The notes beneath the pieces are model-generated. The model was given only the letters and a program-made list of their open reading frames with translations. It had not been told where the DNA came from and searched no databases. Below are positions 30,303 through 44,777 of a stretch of DNA of 64,000 nt, piece by piece; positions within the stretch are counted from its first letter, which is position 1, and each line of letters starts with the position of its first letter. Source of the stretch: Escherichia coli. Its GTDB lineage: Bacteria; Pseudomonadota; Gammaproteobacteria; Enterobacterales; Enterobacteriaceae. The DNA is taken from NCBI RefSeq assembly GCF_003019035.1, contig NZ_CP027447.1; one strand, given 5' to 3'. A program made the position numbers and the translations under genes.

Positions 30303-31013
30303 TTAATCTCCTGTACGGATAAGTTCTTGTCGGAGTGAATAAGTTCCGGTAGGTAAATTACGTTCTACAATCACGCGCGGGCCAAGTTGCGTGTTCGGGG
30401 AAATAATTCGCCCAGGCAAAATAATAACTTGTACGCCAAGGCGTGAACGCTGTCCGATATAACAACCTAATTTATCGCATCCGGTAGCGATAATTCCCTC
30501 TGGAGTTCGAACAGACACGGGCTGTTCATCCAGACGATGATTACTGGTACGTACTTGTGCGCCCAAATATGCCTGGTTTGCGACTACCGAGTCGGCAATA
30601 AAACATTGCGGACCAATCGTTGCTTCCGCTTCAATAACCGCATTTTTAATTTCGGTGGCGAAACCAATTTTTACGCCATTGCTGATTATTGTGCCAGGAC
30701 GAATAAACGCATAATTACCTATCAGGCAGTTTGCGCCAATCACTACCGGACCCTGAATAACGGCACCGTGACAAATACGGGTATTCGCGCCGATAACAAC
30801 TTCACCTGCAGTTTCATCAATAATTACCTGGTCTGCAATCTGAATATTTTTCTCTTTAACATTAAGCTTCAGAAAGTTTTTCAGTTCCTGTGACAGAAGG
30901 TTGGGAATAAGCGGTTGACGCTTCCACCAGTGCGGAATAGCGGGTGGGTTTGTCGCGCTGAGGTTCGCGTCCAGTAAAAAAGGCAATAAGTCCATAAATA
31001 ATCCAGATGGCAT
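30303..31013 (-). CDS. yaiX: hexapeptide-repeat (left-handed beta-helix) acyl/acetyltransferase, uninterrupted
   Basis: Repeated [LIV]-G-x-x-x-x hexapeptides across the ORF; N-terminal 50 codons overlap the yaiP 3' end in another frame, so the true start is uncertain. Confidence 0.75.
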   Translation of the reverse strand: MPSGLFMDLLPFLLDANLSATNPPAIPHWWKRQPLIPNLLSQELKNFLKLNVKEKNIQIADQVIIDETAGEVVIGANTRICHGAVIQGPVVIGANCLIGNYAFIRPGTIISNGVKIGFATEIKNAVIEAEATIGPQCFIADSVVANQAYLGAQVRTSNHRLDEQPVSVRTPEGIIATGCDKLGCYIGQRSRLGVQVIILPGRIISPNTQLGPRVIVERNLPTGTYSLRQELIRTGD

Positions 31014-32058
31014 AAGCTAATAATACATACACAACGGAAAGCGGCGCTAAAGGCACCAACAACCAGCAACGATGAAACCAGGCGCTAAAAGCACCAATAA
31101 CACAAACTACGCCGACCCAGATAAGCGGAAACATTGCCAACACCACACCATGCGGCCCGGTGGTGATGAATTCATTAAACCAGGTAGTGAGATAAATCCC
31201 AACGCCATAAAGCACAACCAACAGCATAGGAAATATACTGAAGATACCGAAGCGGCTAAATAAAAGTCTTTTATGCAGGCGCATACAGACCGCGTAGCCC
31301 ACAATCCAACGCCGCCAGCGACGCCATTCCTCACGCGGGCTGTTGCATTCCTGTGGGTATACGATGCAGCGATTCGCCTGCCGAATACGATAGCCGTTTG
31401 CCACCAATGTCCAGGTGAGATCAAGGTCTTCGACTTTAGTACGATCAGAGAAACCGAACTTACGCAATACATCAGTACGGAACATCCCGCAGGCACCGCT
31501 GATAATAAACGGTGCGCCGCCCAGGAGCTGCTGTAGCGTGCGCTTCATAACAATCATCGGCAACTTTACGGTCGCGCGGATGTGCGGTAACAGCCCCGCG
31601 CCTTTCAACGCAGTAGAGGGAATGCCGCCTACGGCATCAGCACCGCGCTCAATTTCTGCCAGCATATAGCCCATTCCGTCTTGATCGGGCGGAACATAGG
31701 TGTCGGCATCACTTAAAAAAACCTGGTCGCAGGTGGCGTAATTGAGGCCATTCATCAGCGCACCACCTTTACCGGTATTTTTTTGCGTGACGGCAACAAA
31801 GCGGTCGCCCCATTTGCGTTTGACTTCCGCCATGACCGCTTCGGTATTGTCCGTGGAGCCGTCGTTAACGCAAATTACCCGGCAAAAATAAGGGTTACGC
31901 AGCAGATTATCCAGTGACTGCGCCAGACACGGGCCTTCGTTATAAGCAGGTATAATGGCGTCAATACAGCCTTTTTTTTGGCTGGGCTTACGCCTTAACG
32001 TACTCAGGAACCATAGCAATATTGCTACGGCCATACAGATAAATATCCAGGTTTTCAT
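30862..32058 (-). CDS. yaiP: family-2 glycosyltransferase with membrane-embedded C-terminal domain
   Basis: 398-aa ORF with N-terminal TM helix, DxD (LSDAD), an EWRRW motif resembling Q-x-x-R-W of processive GT2 synthases, and three C-terminal TM segments. Confidence 0.88.
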   Translation of the reverse strand: MKTWIFICMAVAILLWFLSTLRRKPSQKKGCIDAIIPAYNEGPCLAQSLDNLLRNPYFCRVICVNDGSTDNTEAVMAEVKRKWGDRFVAVTQKNTGKGGALMNGLNYATCDQVFLSDADTYVPPDQDGMGYMLAEIERGADAVGGIPSTALKGAGLLPHIRATVKLPMIVMKRTLQQLLGGAPFIISGACGMFRTDVLRKFGFSDRTKVEDLDLTWTLVANGYRIRQANRCIVYPQECNSPREEWRRWRRWIVGYAVCMRLHKRLLFSRFGIFSIFPMLLVVLYGVGIYLTTWFNEFITTGPHGVVLAMFPLIWVGVVCVIGAFSAWFHRCWLLVPLAPLSVVYVLLAYAIWIIYGLIAFFTGREPQRDKPTRYSALVEASTAYSQPSVTGTEKLSEA

Positions 32059-32067
32059 GCAATTTGC

Positions 32068-32739
32068 TCAAAGAATCATTTTATGAATTACAAAGCCTTC
32101 ACCCAGATCGCTATTGACCTGTTGCCCGCGAAATTGTGCAACTGCACGCAGGCGATCATGACGCATATAATCGCGTCGTTCCTGGCTTTTATGTTTTTTT
32201 AATGCAGCAAGTTTGGCTGTGAAATATTCTTCTTTAACGGATTCAAAAACCTGAGGCATAAATGAAAGCCAGGTACTCGGGGTTTCGTAGCCGAGAATTT
32301 GTGGAATAGTTCGGCAGGCAACCATTGAGGCTTGATAGACTGCAAGATGATCCTGATGGCGGTCAGCATCATGCATGGTGTATACACGAATGATTTCTAC
32401 ATCAGACGGAATTTGATTTTTAATGATGTCTTCCAGGGCGGAAATCATATCATTGAGCTGTAAATGAGCGCGGGTGTCAGCAAAATTAAGATGAATAGTT
32501 TGGTGGCACCCTAATATCTTTAGGGCGTTGCGCGATTCTTCATGGCGATCGATTATTCCATCTGTGCCAGAGTTGCCGGTAGTCATCACCACGGCTGCGA
32601 TATAAATTCCTTTTTGCGCAAGACGAGCAAGCGATGCGCCACAGCCTAATTCTATATCGTCAGGATGTGCGCCAATAGCAAGGATACCCTTTCTTTTATT
32701 TGCCGAAGAAAGGAGGGCTGAATCTAAAACCTTATCCAC
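32068..32739 (-). CDS. yaiS: PIG-L/LmbE-family N-acetylglucosaminyl deacetylase-like protein
   Basis: 223-aa ORF with LmbE-type motif ILAIGAHPDDIELGCG; 10 bp upstream of yaiP. Confidence 0.85.
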   Translation of the reverse strand: MDKVLDSALLSSANKRKGILAIGAHPDDIELGCGASLARLAQKGIYIAAVVMTTGNSGTDGIIDRHEESRNALKILGCHQTIHLNFADTRAHLQLNDMISALEDIIKNQIPSDVEIIRVYTMHDADRHQDHLAVYQASMVACRTIPQILGYETPSTWLSFMPQVFESVKEEYFTAKLAALKKHKSQERRDYMRHDRLRAVAQFRGQQVNSDLGEGFVIHKMIL

Positions 32740-33354
32740 TTAATGACACTCCATTTTATTTATTATACTACAAGCACAACGATGCACTCAGAGACGTAAT
32801 CTCTGGCGCAGCCAGATGCTAATTTATAAGTGTTAAATGTTGCTAATAATTGAAAAGCCAGGGCTTTCAGATCCGGGGGGGCGACTGGTTAATGTTTTTA
32901 TGCAATTCATATGTTAAGTGTTTGTATGTTTGGTATGTATAGTTATTTTGTTTTATACATTGTATTTAGATGTGATTTAGTTTGTCAATTAATTGCATTT
33001 AAAAAATATGTTCTGTGAACAAGTATTGTTTATATACATTATGTGAATGTAATATGCGAGTGATTGAGAATGATACAGTGATATATATAATGCGAATATA
33101 ATAGTTTTATTATATGTATTGATATTGATAGAAATAATGAAGTAATAAATCTCGTAATGTGGTTGTTTATGCATCACTAAAATGAAGTGTAGTAATTTTC
33201 CCAATTGTTAGAACGGAGTAATTGCATATTTAATCTTTCCTTTGCCGTTTTTTTGCTAAGAATAAAATCATCTGTGCGATAACGACTAATTCTTTTAATG
33301 AATGTTTTTATTCCTGAATACTGCTCCCATAACAAGACAGGGGAGCAGACAATC

Positions 33355-34317
33355 ATGGCAATTTCATCGCGTAACACACTTCTTGCCGCACTGGCATTCA
33401 TCGCTTTTCAGGCACAGGCGGTGAACGTCACCGTGGCGTATCAAACCTCAGCCGAACCGGCGAAAGTGGCTCAGGCCGACAACACCTTTGCTAAAGAAAG
33501 CGGAGCAACCGTGGACTGGCGTAAGTTTGACAGCGGAGCCAGCATCGTGCGGGCGCTGGCTTCAGGCGACGTGCAAATCGGCAACCTCGGTTCCAGCCCG
33601 TTAGCGGTTGCAACCAGCCAACAGGTGCCGATTGAAGTCTTCTTGCTGGCGTCAAAACTGGGTAACTCCGAAGCGCTGGTGGTAAAGAAAACTATCAGTA
33701 AACCGGAAGACTTGATTGGTAAACGCATCGCCGTACCGTTTATCTCCACCACCCACTACAGCCTGCTGGCGGCGCTGAAACACTGGGGTATTAAACCCGG
33801 GCAAGTGGAGATTGTGAACCTGCAGCCGCCCGCGATTATCGCCGCATGGCAGCGGGGAGACATTGATGGTGCTTATGTCTGGGCACCGGCGGTTAACGCC
33901 ATGGAAAAAGATGGCAAGGTGCTGACCGATTCTGAACAGGTCGGGCAGTGGGGCGCGCCGACACTGGACGTCTGGGTCGTGCGGAAAGATTTTGCCGAGA
34001 AACATCCAGAGGTCGTGAAAGCGTTCGCCAAAAGCGCCATCGATGCTCAGCAACCGTACATTGCTAACCCAGACGTGTGGCTGAAACAGCCGGAAAACAT
34101 CAGCAAACTGGCGCGTTTAAGCGGCGTGCCTGAAGGTGACGTTCCGGGGCTGGTGAAGGGGAATACCTATCTGACGCAGCAGCAACAAACGGCAGAACTG
34201 ACCGGACCGGTGAATAAAGCGATCATCGATACCGCGCAGTTTTTGAAAGATCAGGGCAAAGTCCCTGCCGTGGCGAATGATTACAGCCAGTACGTGACCT
34301 CGCGCTTCGTGCAATAA
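33355..34317 (+). CDS. tauA: taurine ABC transporter, periplasmic binding protein
   Basis: 320 aa from MAISSRNTLLAALAFIAFQAQA (signal peptide). Confidence 0.95.
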   Translation: MAISSRNTLLAALAFIAFQAQAVNVTVAYQTSAEPAKVAQADNTFAKESGATVDWRKFDSGASIVRALASGDVQIGNLGSSPLAVATSQQVPIEVFLLASKLGNSEALVVKKTISKPEDLIGKRIAVPFISTTHYSLLAALKHWGIKPGQVEIVNLQPPAIIAAWQRGDIDGAYVWAPAVNAMEKDGKVLTDSEQVGQWGAPTLDVWVVRKDFAEKHPEVVKAFAKSAIDAQQPYIANPDVWLKQPENISKLARLSGVPEGDVPGLVKGNTYLTQQQQTAELTGPVNKAIIDTAQFLKDQGKVPAVANDYSQYVTSRFVQ

Positions 34318-34329
34318 AAGGAGGCGCAG

Positions 34330-35097
34330 ATGCTGCAAATCTCTCATCTTTACGCCGATTATGGCGGCAAACCGGCACTGGAAGATATCAACCTGACGCT
34401 GGAAAGCGGCGAGCTTCTGGTAGTTCTGGGGCCGTCTGGCTGCGGCAAAACTACGTTGCTGAATTTGATTGCCGGTTTTGTGCCTTATCAGCATGGCAGC
34501 ATTCAACTGGCGGGTAAGGGTATTCAGGGACCGGGGGCAGAGCGTGGCGTAGTTTTTCAGAATGAAGGGCTACTACCGTGGCGCAATGTACAGGACAACG
34601 TGGCATTCGGCCTGCAACTGGCAGGCGTAGAGAAAATGCAGCGACTGGAAATCGCGCACCAGATGCTGAAAAAAGTCGGCCTGGAAGGGGCGGAAAAACG
34701 CTATATCTGGCAGCTTTCCGGCGGTCAACGTCAGCGGGTAGGGATTGCCCGCGCGCTGGCGGCGAATCCCCAGCTGTTATTACTCGACGAACCGTTTGGC
34801 GCGCTGGACGCCTTCACCCGCGATCAGATGCAAACCCTGCTGCTGAAACTCTGGCAGGAGACGGGCAAGCAGGTGCTGTTGATTACCCACGATATAGAAG
34901 AAGCGGTGTTTATGGCGACTGAACTGGTTCTGCTTTCATCCGGCCCTGGCCGCGTGCTGGAGCGGCTGCCGCTCAACTTTGCTCGCCGCTTTGTTGCCGG
35001 GGAACCGAGCCGCAGCATCAAGTCCGATCCACAATTCATCGCCATGCGCGAATATGTTTTAAGCCGCGTATTTGAGCAACGGGAGGCATTCTCATGA
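34330..35097 (+). CDS. tauB: taurine ABC transporter, ATP-binding protein
   Basis: Walker [10 protein letters not shown], signature LSGGQRQR. Confidence 0.96.
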   Translation: MLQISHLYADYGGKPALEDINLTLESGELLVVLGPSGCGKTTLLNLIAGFVPYQHGSIQLAGKGIQGPGAERGVVFQNEGLLPWRNVQDNVAFGLQLAGVEKMQRLEIAHQMLKKVGLEGAEKRYIWQLSGGQRQRVGIARALAANPQLLLLDEPFGALDAFTRDQMQTLLLKLWQETGKQVLLITHDIEEAVFMATELVLLSSGPGRVLERLPLNFARRFVAGEPSRSIKSDPQFIAMREYVLSRVFEQREAFS

Positions 35098-35921
35098 GTG
35101 TGCTCATTAATGAAAAACTGCATTCGCATCGGCTGAAATGGCGCTGGCCGCTCTCGCGTCAGGTGACCTTAAGCATTGGCACGTTAGCGGTTTTACTCAC
35201 TGTATGGTGGGCGGTGGCGGCGCTGCAACTGATTAGCCCGCTGTTTTTGCCGCCACCGCAACAGGTCCTGGCAAAACTGCTCACCATTGCCGGACCGCAG
35301 GGATTTATGGACGCCACGCTGTGGCAGCATCTGGCAGCCAGCCTGACGCGCATTTTGCTGGCGCTACTCGCGGCGGTGTTGATCGGTATTCCGGTCGGGA
35401 TCGCCATGGGGCTAAGCCCGACGGTGCGCGGCATTCTGGATCCGATAATCGAGCTTTATCGTCCGGTGCCGCCGCTGGCTTATTTGCCGCTGATGGTGAT
35501 CTGGTTTGGTATTGGCGAAACCTCGAAGATCTTACTGATCTATTTAGCGATTTTTGCACCGGTGGCGATGTCGGCGCTGGCGGGGGTGAAAAGCGCGCAG
35601 CAGGTTCGCATTCGTGCCGCCCAGTCGCTGGGTGCCAGTCGTGCGCAGGTGCTGTGGTTTGTCATTTTGCCCGGCGCGCTGCCGGAAATCCTCACCGGAT
35701 TACGCATTGGTCTGGGTGTGGGCTGGTCTACGCTGGTAGCGGCGGAGCTGATTGCCGCGACGCGCGGTTTAGGATTTATGGTTCAGTCAGCGGGTGAATT
35801 TCTCGCGACTGACGTGGTGCTGGCGGGGATCGCGGTGATTGCGATTATCGCTTTTCTTTTAGAACTGGGTTTGCGCGCGTTACAGCGCCGCCTGACGCCC
35901 TGGCATGGAGAAGTACAATGA
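35094..35921 (+). CDS. tauC: taurine ABC transporter, permease
   Basis: 275-aa polytopic permease overlapping tauB and tauD by 4 bp. Confidence 0.95.
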   Translation: MSVLINEKLHSHRLKWRWPLSRQVTLSIGTLAVLLTVWWAVAALQLISPLFLPPPQQVLAKLLTIAGPQGFMDATLWQHLAASLTRILLALLAAVLIGIPVGIAMGLSPTVRGILDPIIELYRPVPPLAYLPLMVIWFGIGETSKILLIYLAIFAPVAMSALAGVKSAQQVRIRAAQSLGASRAQVLWFVILPGALPEILTGLRIGLGVGWSTLVAAELIAATRGLGFMVQSAGEFLATDVVLAGIAVIAIIAFLLELGLRALQRRLTPWHGEVQ

Positions 35922-36769
35922 GTGAACGTCTGAGCATTACCCCGCTGGGGCCGTATATTGGCGCACAAATTTCGGGTGCCGACCTGACGCGCCCGTTAAG
36001 CGATAATCAGTTTGAACAGCTTTACCATGCGGTGCTGCGCCATCAGGTGGTGTTTCTGCGCGATCAAGCTATTACGCCGCAGCAGCAACGCGCGCTGGCC
36101 CAACGTTTTGGCGAACTGCATATTCATCCTGTTTACCCTCATGCCGAAGGGGTTGACGAGATCATCGTCCTGGATACTCATAACGATAATCCGCCGGATA
36201 ACGACAACTGGCATACCGATGTGACATTTATTGAAACGCCACCCGCAGGGGCGATTCTGGCGGCAAAAGAGTTACCCTCGACCGGCGGCGATACGCTCTG
36301 GACCAGCTGTATTGCGGCCTATGAGGCGCTCTCTGTTCCCTTCCGCCAGCTGCTGAGCGGGTTGCGTGCGGAGCATGATTTCCGTAAATCGTTCCCGGAA
36401 TACAAATACCGCAAAACCGAGGAGGAGCATCAACGCTGGCGCGAGGCGGTCGCGAAAAATCCGCCGTTGCTACATCCGGTGGTGCGAACGCATCCGGTGA
36501 GCGGTAAACAGGCGCTGTTTGTGAATGAAGGCTTTACCACGCGAATTGTTGATGTCAGCGAGAAAGAGAGCGAAGCCTTGTTAGGTTTTTTGTTTGCCCA
36601 TATCACCAAACCGGAGTTTCAGGTGCGCTGGAGCTGGCAGCCAAATGATATCGCGATTTGGGATAACCGCGTGACCCAGCACTATGCCAATGCGGATTAC
36701 CTGCCACAGCGGCGGATTATGCATCGGGCGACGATCCTTGGGGATAAACCGTTTTATCGGGCGGGGTAA
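35918..36769 (+). CDS. tauD: taurine dioxygenase (Fe/alpha-ketoglutarate dependent)
   Basis: 283-aa ORF, TauD/TfdA family. Confidence 0.96.
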   Translation: MSERLSITPLGPYIGAQISGADLTRPLSDNQFEQLYHAVLRHQVVFLRDQAITPQQQRALAQRFGELHIHPVYPHAEGVDEIIVLDTHNDNPPDNDNWHTDVTFIETPPAGAILAAKELPSTGGDTLWTSCIAAYEALSVPFRQLLSGLRAEHDFRKSFPEYKYRKTEEEHQRWREAVAKNPPLLHPVVRTHPVSGKQALFVNEGFTTRIVDVSEKESEALLGFLFAHITKPEFQVRWSWQPNDIAIWDNRVTQHYANADYLPQRRIMHRATILGDKPFYRAG

Positions 36770-36778
36770 GGGGGAAAT

Positions 36779-36798
36779 GCCGGGTTGGATAACCCGGC
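36779..36798. terminator. Hairpin (gccgggtt-ggat-aacccggc) between convergent tauD and hemB
   Basis: Perfect 8-bp stem read in sequence. Confidence 0.6.
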
Positions 36799-36808
36799 AT
36801 AATGATCA

Positions 36809-37783
36809 TTAACGCAGAATCTTCTTCTCAGCCAAATCCAGCGCAAAGTAGCTGAAAATCAGATCCGCACCCGCACGCTTAATTGAACCTAAGCTTTCGA
36901 GCACGACTTTCTCTTCATCTATAGCACCCGCCAGCGCGGCGAACTTAATCATCGCGTACTCACCGCTCACCTGATACGCGCCAATCGGCAATTCAGTACG
37001 TTCACGCAGCTCACGCACGATGTCGAGGTACGCTCCAGCTGGTTTAACCATCAGACAGTCCGCGCCCTGGGCTTCATCCAGCAGTGACTCACGAATCGCC
37101 TCGCGACGGTTCATTGGGTTCATCTGATAACTTTTGCGGTCGCCTTTTAATGCGCTTCCGGCAGCTTCACGGAACGGACCATAAAAGGAAGAGGCGAACT
37201 TGGTCGAATACGACATGATCGCCGTATCTTTAAAGCCCGCAGCGTCCAGCGCCTGGCGAATCGCTTGTACCTGGCCATCCATTGCGGCGGAAGGGGCGAT
37301 GAAGTCTGCGCCTGCAGCAGCTGCAACCACGGCTTGCTTGCCTAAATTTTCCAGAGTCGCGTCGTTGTCGACGCCATGCTCGCACAGCACACCGCAGTGA
37401 CCGTGAGAAGTGTATTCACAGAAACAAGTGTCTGACATGACGATCATTTCTGGCACAGTCTGCTTGCAGATGCGCGACATACGCGCCACCAGTCCATCTT
37501 CCCGCCAGGCGTCGCTGCCGGTTTCATCGGTATGGTGAGAGATGCCGAAAGTCATCACGGAACGAATACCGGCGTTGGCGATGCGTTCAATTTCGCGTGC
37601 CAGATGTTTCTCTGGAATGCGCATCACGCCTGGCATGGCTTCAACGGCTTTGTAGTCGTCAATTTCTTCTTCAACAAAGATCGGCAACACCAGGTCGTTA
37701 AGGCTAAGTGTTGTCTCTTCAAACATAGCGCGCAGCGCAGGAGATTTGCGCAGGCGACGAGGGCGTTGGATTAAATCTGTCAT
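36809..37783 (-). CDS. hemB: porphobilinogen synthase (delta-aminolevulinate dehydratase)
   Basis: 324 aa from [18 protein letters not shown]... Confidence 0.96.
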
Positions 37784-38308
37784 GGTCTGCCTGATGTTTG
37801 TGGAATCGAGGGGCATAGTATACCTGAAGCAGGGTAGGGATGTTTTACGAAAGTTGTCGCGATGTTGACAAGAAGAGAATGGAAGAGAGGCCAGGACATC
37901 TTTGTAATAGAAATAGCAATAATTTCATATTCACTGAAAATATTTTTAATTTTTATTTATAGTCATGAATTATTGTTTTTGGGGATTTGGTTGCGTTATC
38001 AAAAACGGAATGATTTAAAGTTCATTGGTTATTGATAGATTATTTGTCTGGTTTGTGTGTTTGATATTTTAAATGCATATGCTTTAAAAATGGAAATCCT
38101 GTTAACTTGTTGAAACATTAAGCCTTTATCAATTTTTTCTTTGTGTGTTACTCCGTGCTTTATATATGTCCGTAACCGGACTTCGGGGAAAGAATAATTG
38201 AACCATTCCTCAATAACGCCGCATAATCGTTAGCGCGAAACATAATATGTTTTCTATGCATTGATAATTGATGGATCAACTTATTACGTCCCTGAGGAGG
38301 GATGACAA

Positions 38309-41338
<3,030 letters not shown>

Positions 41339-41352
41339 TGAAGAAATAGGTT

Positions 41353-42035
<683 letters not shown>

Positions 42036-43193
42036 TCAGGACGCGGGGATGACCAACGGTTTATTCCCGCTCAGTTCGGTCACCAGGTCATTGATGCCAT
42101 CGCTCATATTTTTAAAGCGCGTCAATGGCGAACGAGTGACCACCACAAATGCGCCAATATTCTTCTGCGGGATCATCGCCATATAGGTAATGAAACCGCC
42201 ACCACCGCCTGTCTTCTGAATAATCCCTGGACGACCCTCTTTCGGGGCCATATATACCCAGCCTAAACCAAGCGCATCCGCTTTGCCGGGGACATCCATG
42301 CCAATCACTTTCGTAAACTGCGCTCGCTGATAAATCAACGTCTGCATGCGATCAGCCTGGTTACTGCGCTGATAAAAATCAGATGACAAATACTGCTGCA
42401 TCCAGCGCATCATATCGCCAGGCGTGGAATAGACGCCGCCGCTGCCAATTGCCGCCAGCGTGTTATTGCATGGACTGGCACCGCGCTCTGCCACCATTAA
42501 ACGGCGGCACTGGTCCGGCGAGGGGGTGTAGGTGGTGTCTTTCATCCCCAATGGACGGGTAATCTGCTCTTCAAACAACTGGGTATAAGGCTTGCCGGAA
42601 GCATTCGCCAGTGCATCTGCCAGCAGGTCGAACGCAAGGTTAGAGTATGCCGCCTGACTGCCTGGCGCGGCTTTCAGCTTCGCCGTAGAAAGGTATTTCC
42701 AGCGTTGCTCGCGCGTTGGCCAGACAAACACTGGACGATGTGCCGCACCTCCCGGCTGTTCACGGGGCAGGGCACTGGTATGGGTTGCTAGATTCACCAG
42801 GGTAATAGGCGTGCCATTGTAAGTCGGCACACGTGCGCCTGGTGGAGCATATTTACTTAGCGGATCGTTTAACTTCACGGTCCCCTGGTCGAGCAATTTC
42901 ACCAGCATCTCACTGGTCATTAGCTTGGTGAGGGAAGCAATACGCACTACCGAATCCAGCTGCGGGCGAACGTTATTACCAGGTCGCGTTTCGCCATAAC
43001 TGCGAAAGACGCGCTGGTTACCGTCGATAACAACCAGCGCCATCCCCGTGGCACCGCTGCCGTAAAAAATATGATCGGCATAACGATCGACAATATCAGA
43101 GGCAAACTCCGGTTCAGTGATCGGCTGCGCCGCATGGACGGAGGTCAATGACGCCGCACACAGCACGGCAGAAAAAAGCAGACTACGTTTCAA
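42036..43193 (-). CDS. ampH: penicillin-binding protein AmpH (class C beta-lactamase fold)
   Basis: 385-aa ORF with signal peptide and active-site SLTK. Confidence 0.93.
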   Translation of the reverse strand: MKRSLLFSAVLCAASLTSVHAAQPITEPEFASDIVDRYADHIFYGSGATGMALVVIDGNQRVFRSYGETRPGNNVRPQLDSVVRIASLTKLMTSEMLVKLLDQGTVKLNDPLSKYAPPGARVPTYNGTPITLVNLATHTSALPREQPGGAAHRPVFVWPTREQRWKYLSTAKLKAAPGSQAAYSNLAFDLLADALANASGKPYTQLFEEQITRPLGMKDTTYTPSPDQCRRLMVAERGASPCNNTLAAIGSGGVYSTPGDMMRWMQQYLSSDFYQRSNQADRMQTLIYQRAQFTKVIGMDVPGKADALGLGWVYMAPKEGRPGIIQKTGGGGGFITYMAMIPQKNIGAFVVVTRSPLTRFKNMSDGINDLVTELSGNKPLVIPAS

Positions 43194-43544
43194 CGGTGGT
43201 GTCCATAAATTGAATGAAGGTAACTGAGCGTATTTATACTACTCATTGATGGATTGCAAAGGGCGAATTAGTGCAATAATAGTGTTAAAAACGTAACGGC
43301 GCGTAAACACGATCTTTTTCCTGCTCACCAATGCCTGCATTTGTGATCCTGCGCGTGTTAATCCGCTTATGTAAACAATCTTTGGTTTGTGAAATCCGTC
43401 GAAACAATTCTTATGGTCAGGCTGGCGAACTAAGCGCCTTGCTATGGGTCACAATGGGCGGTTTCATTTGGCTGACGCTTTGTAGCGGTCATGCGGTTAA
43501 TACACAGCAGTTGTTAAAACGATAAGAAGTTAGCAGGAGTGCAT

Positions 43545-44765
43545 ATGTTTAAGTCTTTTTTCCCAAAGCCGGGAACGTTTTTTCTCTCGGCCTTTGTTTG
43601 GGCATTGATTGCCGTTATCTTCTGGCAAGCCGGTGGGGGTGACTGGGTGGCGCGTATCACCGGCGCTTCCGGGCAGATCCCGATTAGCGCCGCGCGTTTC
43701 TGGTCGTTGGATTTCCTGATTTTTTACGCTTACTACATTGTTTGCGTAGGACTTTTTGCATTGTTCTGGTTTATCTACAGCCCGCATCGTTGGCAATACT
43801 GGTCAATACTCGGTACTGCACTGATCATCTTCGTCACCTGGTTTTTGGTGGAAGTCGGGGTCGCCGTCAACGCCTGGTATGCGCCGTTCTATGATCTGAT
43901 TCAAACCGCGCTAAGTTCGCCGCATAAAGTCACCATCGAACAATTTTACCGCGAAGTGGGCGTCTTTCTGGGGATTGCGCTGATCGCGGTAGTGATCAGT
44001 GTGCTGAACAACTTCTTTGTCAGTCACTACGTGTTCCGCTGGCGTACAGCGATGAACGAATATTACATGGCGAACTGGCAACAACTGCGTCATATCGAAG
44101 GTGCCGCCCAACGTGTGCAGGAAGACACCATGCGTTTTGCTTCAACGCTGGAGAATATGGGCGTCAGCTTTATCAACGCTATCATGACGTTGATCGCCTT
44201 CCTGCCGGTGCTGGTAACGCTCTCCGCACATGTGCCGGAGCTGCCGATTGTCGGGCACATTCCGTATGGTCTGGTGATTGCCGCTATCGTCTGGTCGCTG
44301 ATGGGGACCGGATTACTGGCAGTGGTAGGGATCAAACTGCCGGGGCTGGAGTTTAAAAACCAGCGTGTAGAGGCTGCCTACCGTAAAGAGCTGGTTTATG
44401 GTGAAGACGATGCCACGCGCGCGACGCCGCCTACGGTACGCGAGCTTTTTAGCGCCGTACGGAAAAACTATTTCCGCCTCTATTTTCACTATATGTATTT
44501 CAATATCGCCCGCATTCTCTATTTGCAGGTCGATAACGTTTTCGGTTTGTTCTTGCTGTTTCCGTCAATTGTTGCCGGTACGATTACGCTCGGCCTGATG
44601 ACGCAGATTACCAACGTTTTTGGTCAGGTTCGCGGAGCTTTCCAGTACCTGATTAACTCATGGACCACACTGGTTGAGTTGATGTCTATCTACAAACGTC
44701 TGCGCAGCTTTGAACATGAGCTGGATGGTGACAAAATTCAGGAAGTAACCCATACCTTGAGCTAA
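43545..44765 (+). CDS. sbmA: peptide antibiotic / microcin transporter SbmA
   Basis: 406 aa from [19 protein letters not shown]...; polytopic. Confidence 0.95.
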   Translation: MFKSFFPKPGTFFLSAFVWALIAVIFWQAGGGDWVARITGASGQIPISAARFWSLDFLIFYAYYIVCVGLFALFWFIYSPHRWQYWSILGTALIIFVTWFLVEVGVAVNAWYAPFYDLIQTALSSPHKVTIEQFYREVGVFLGIALIAVVISVLNNFFVSHYVFRWRTAMNEYYMANWQQLRHIEGAAQRVQEDTMRFASTLENMGVSFINAIMTLIAFLPVLVTLSAHVPELPIVGHIPYGLVIAAIVWSLMGTGLLAVVGIKLPGLEFKNQRVEAAYRKELVYGEDDATRATPPTVRELFSAVRKNYFRLYFHYMYFNIARILYLQVDNVFGLFLLFPSIVAGTITLGLMTQITNVFGQVRGAFQYLINSWTTLVELMSIYKRLRSFEHELDGDKIQEVTHTLS

Positions 44766-44777
44766 AAAGGAGAAGTA

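Noticed and set aside
30303-31013. Possible IS insertion scars in yaiX and in yaiT (38309..41326)
   Set aside because: Both reading frames are continuous with no transposase ORF, terminal inverted repeats or target-site duplications, so no IS element is present in this sequence.
43331-43525. 64-codon ORF in the sbmA upstream region
   Set aside because: No ribosome-binding site and poor coding character; more likely promoter or leader sequence of sbmA.
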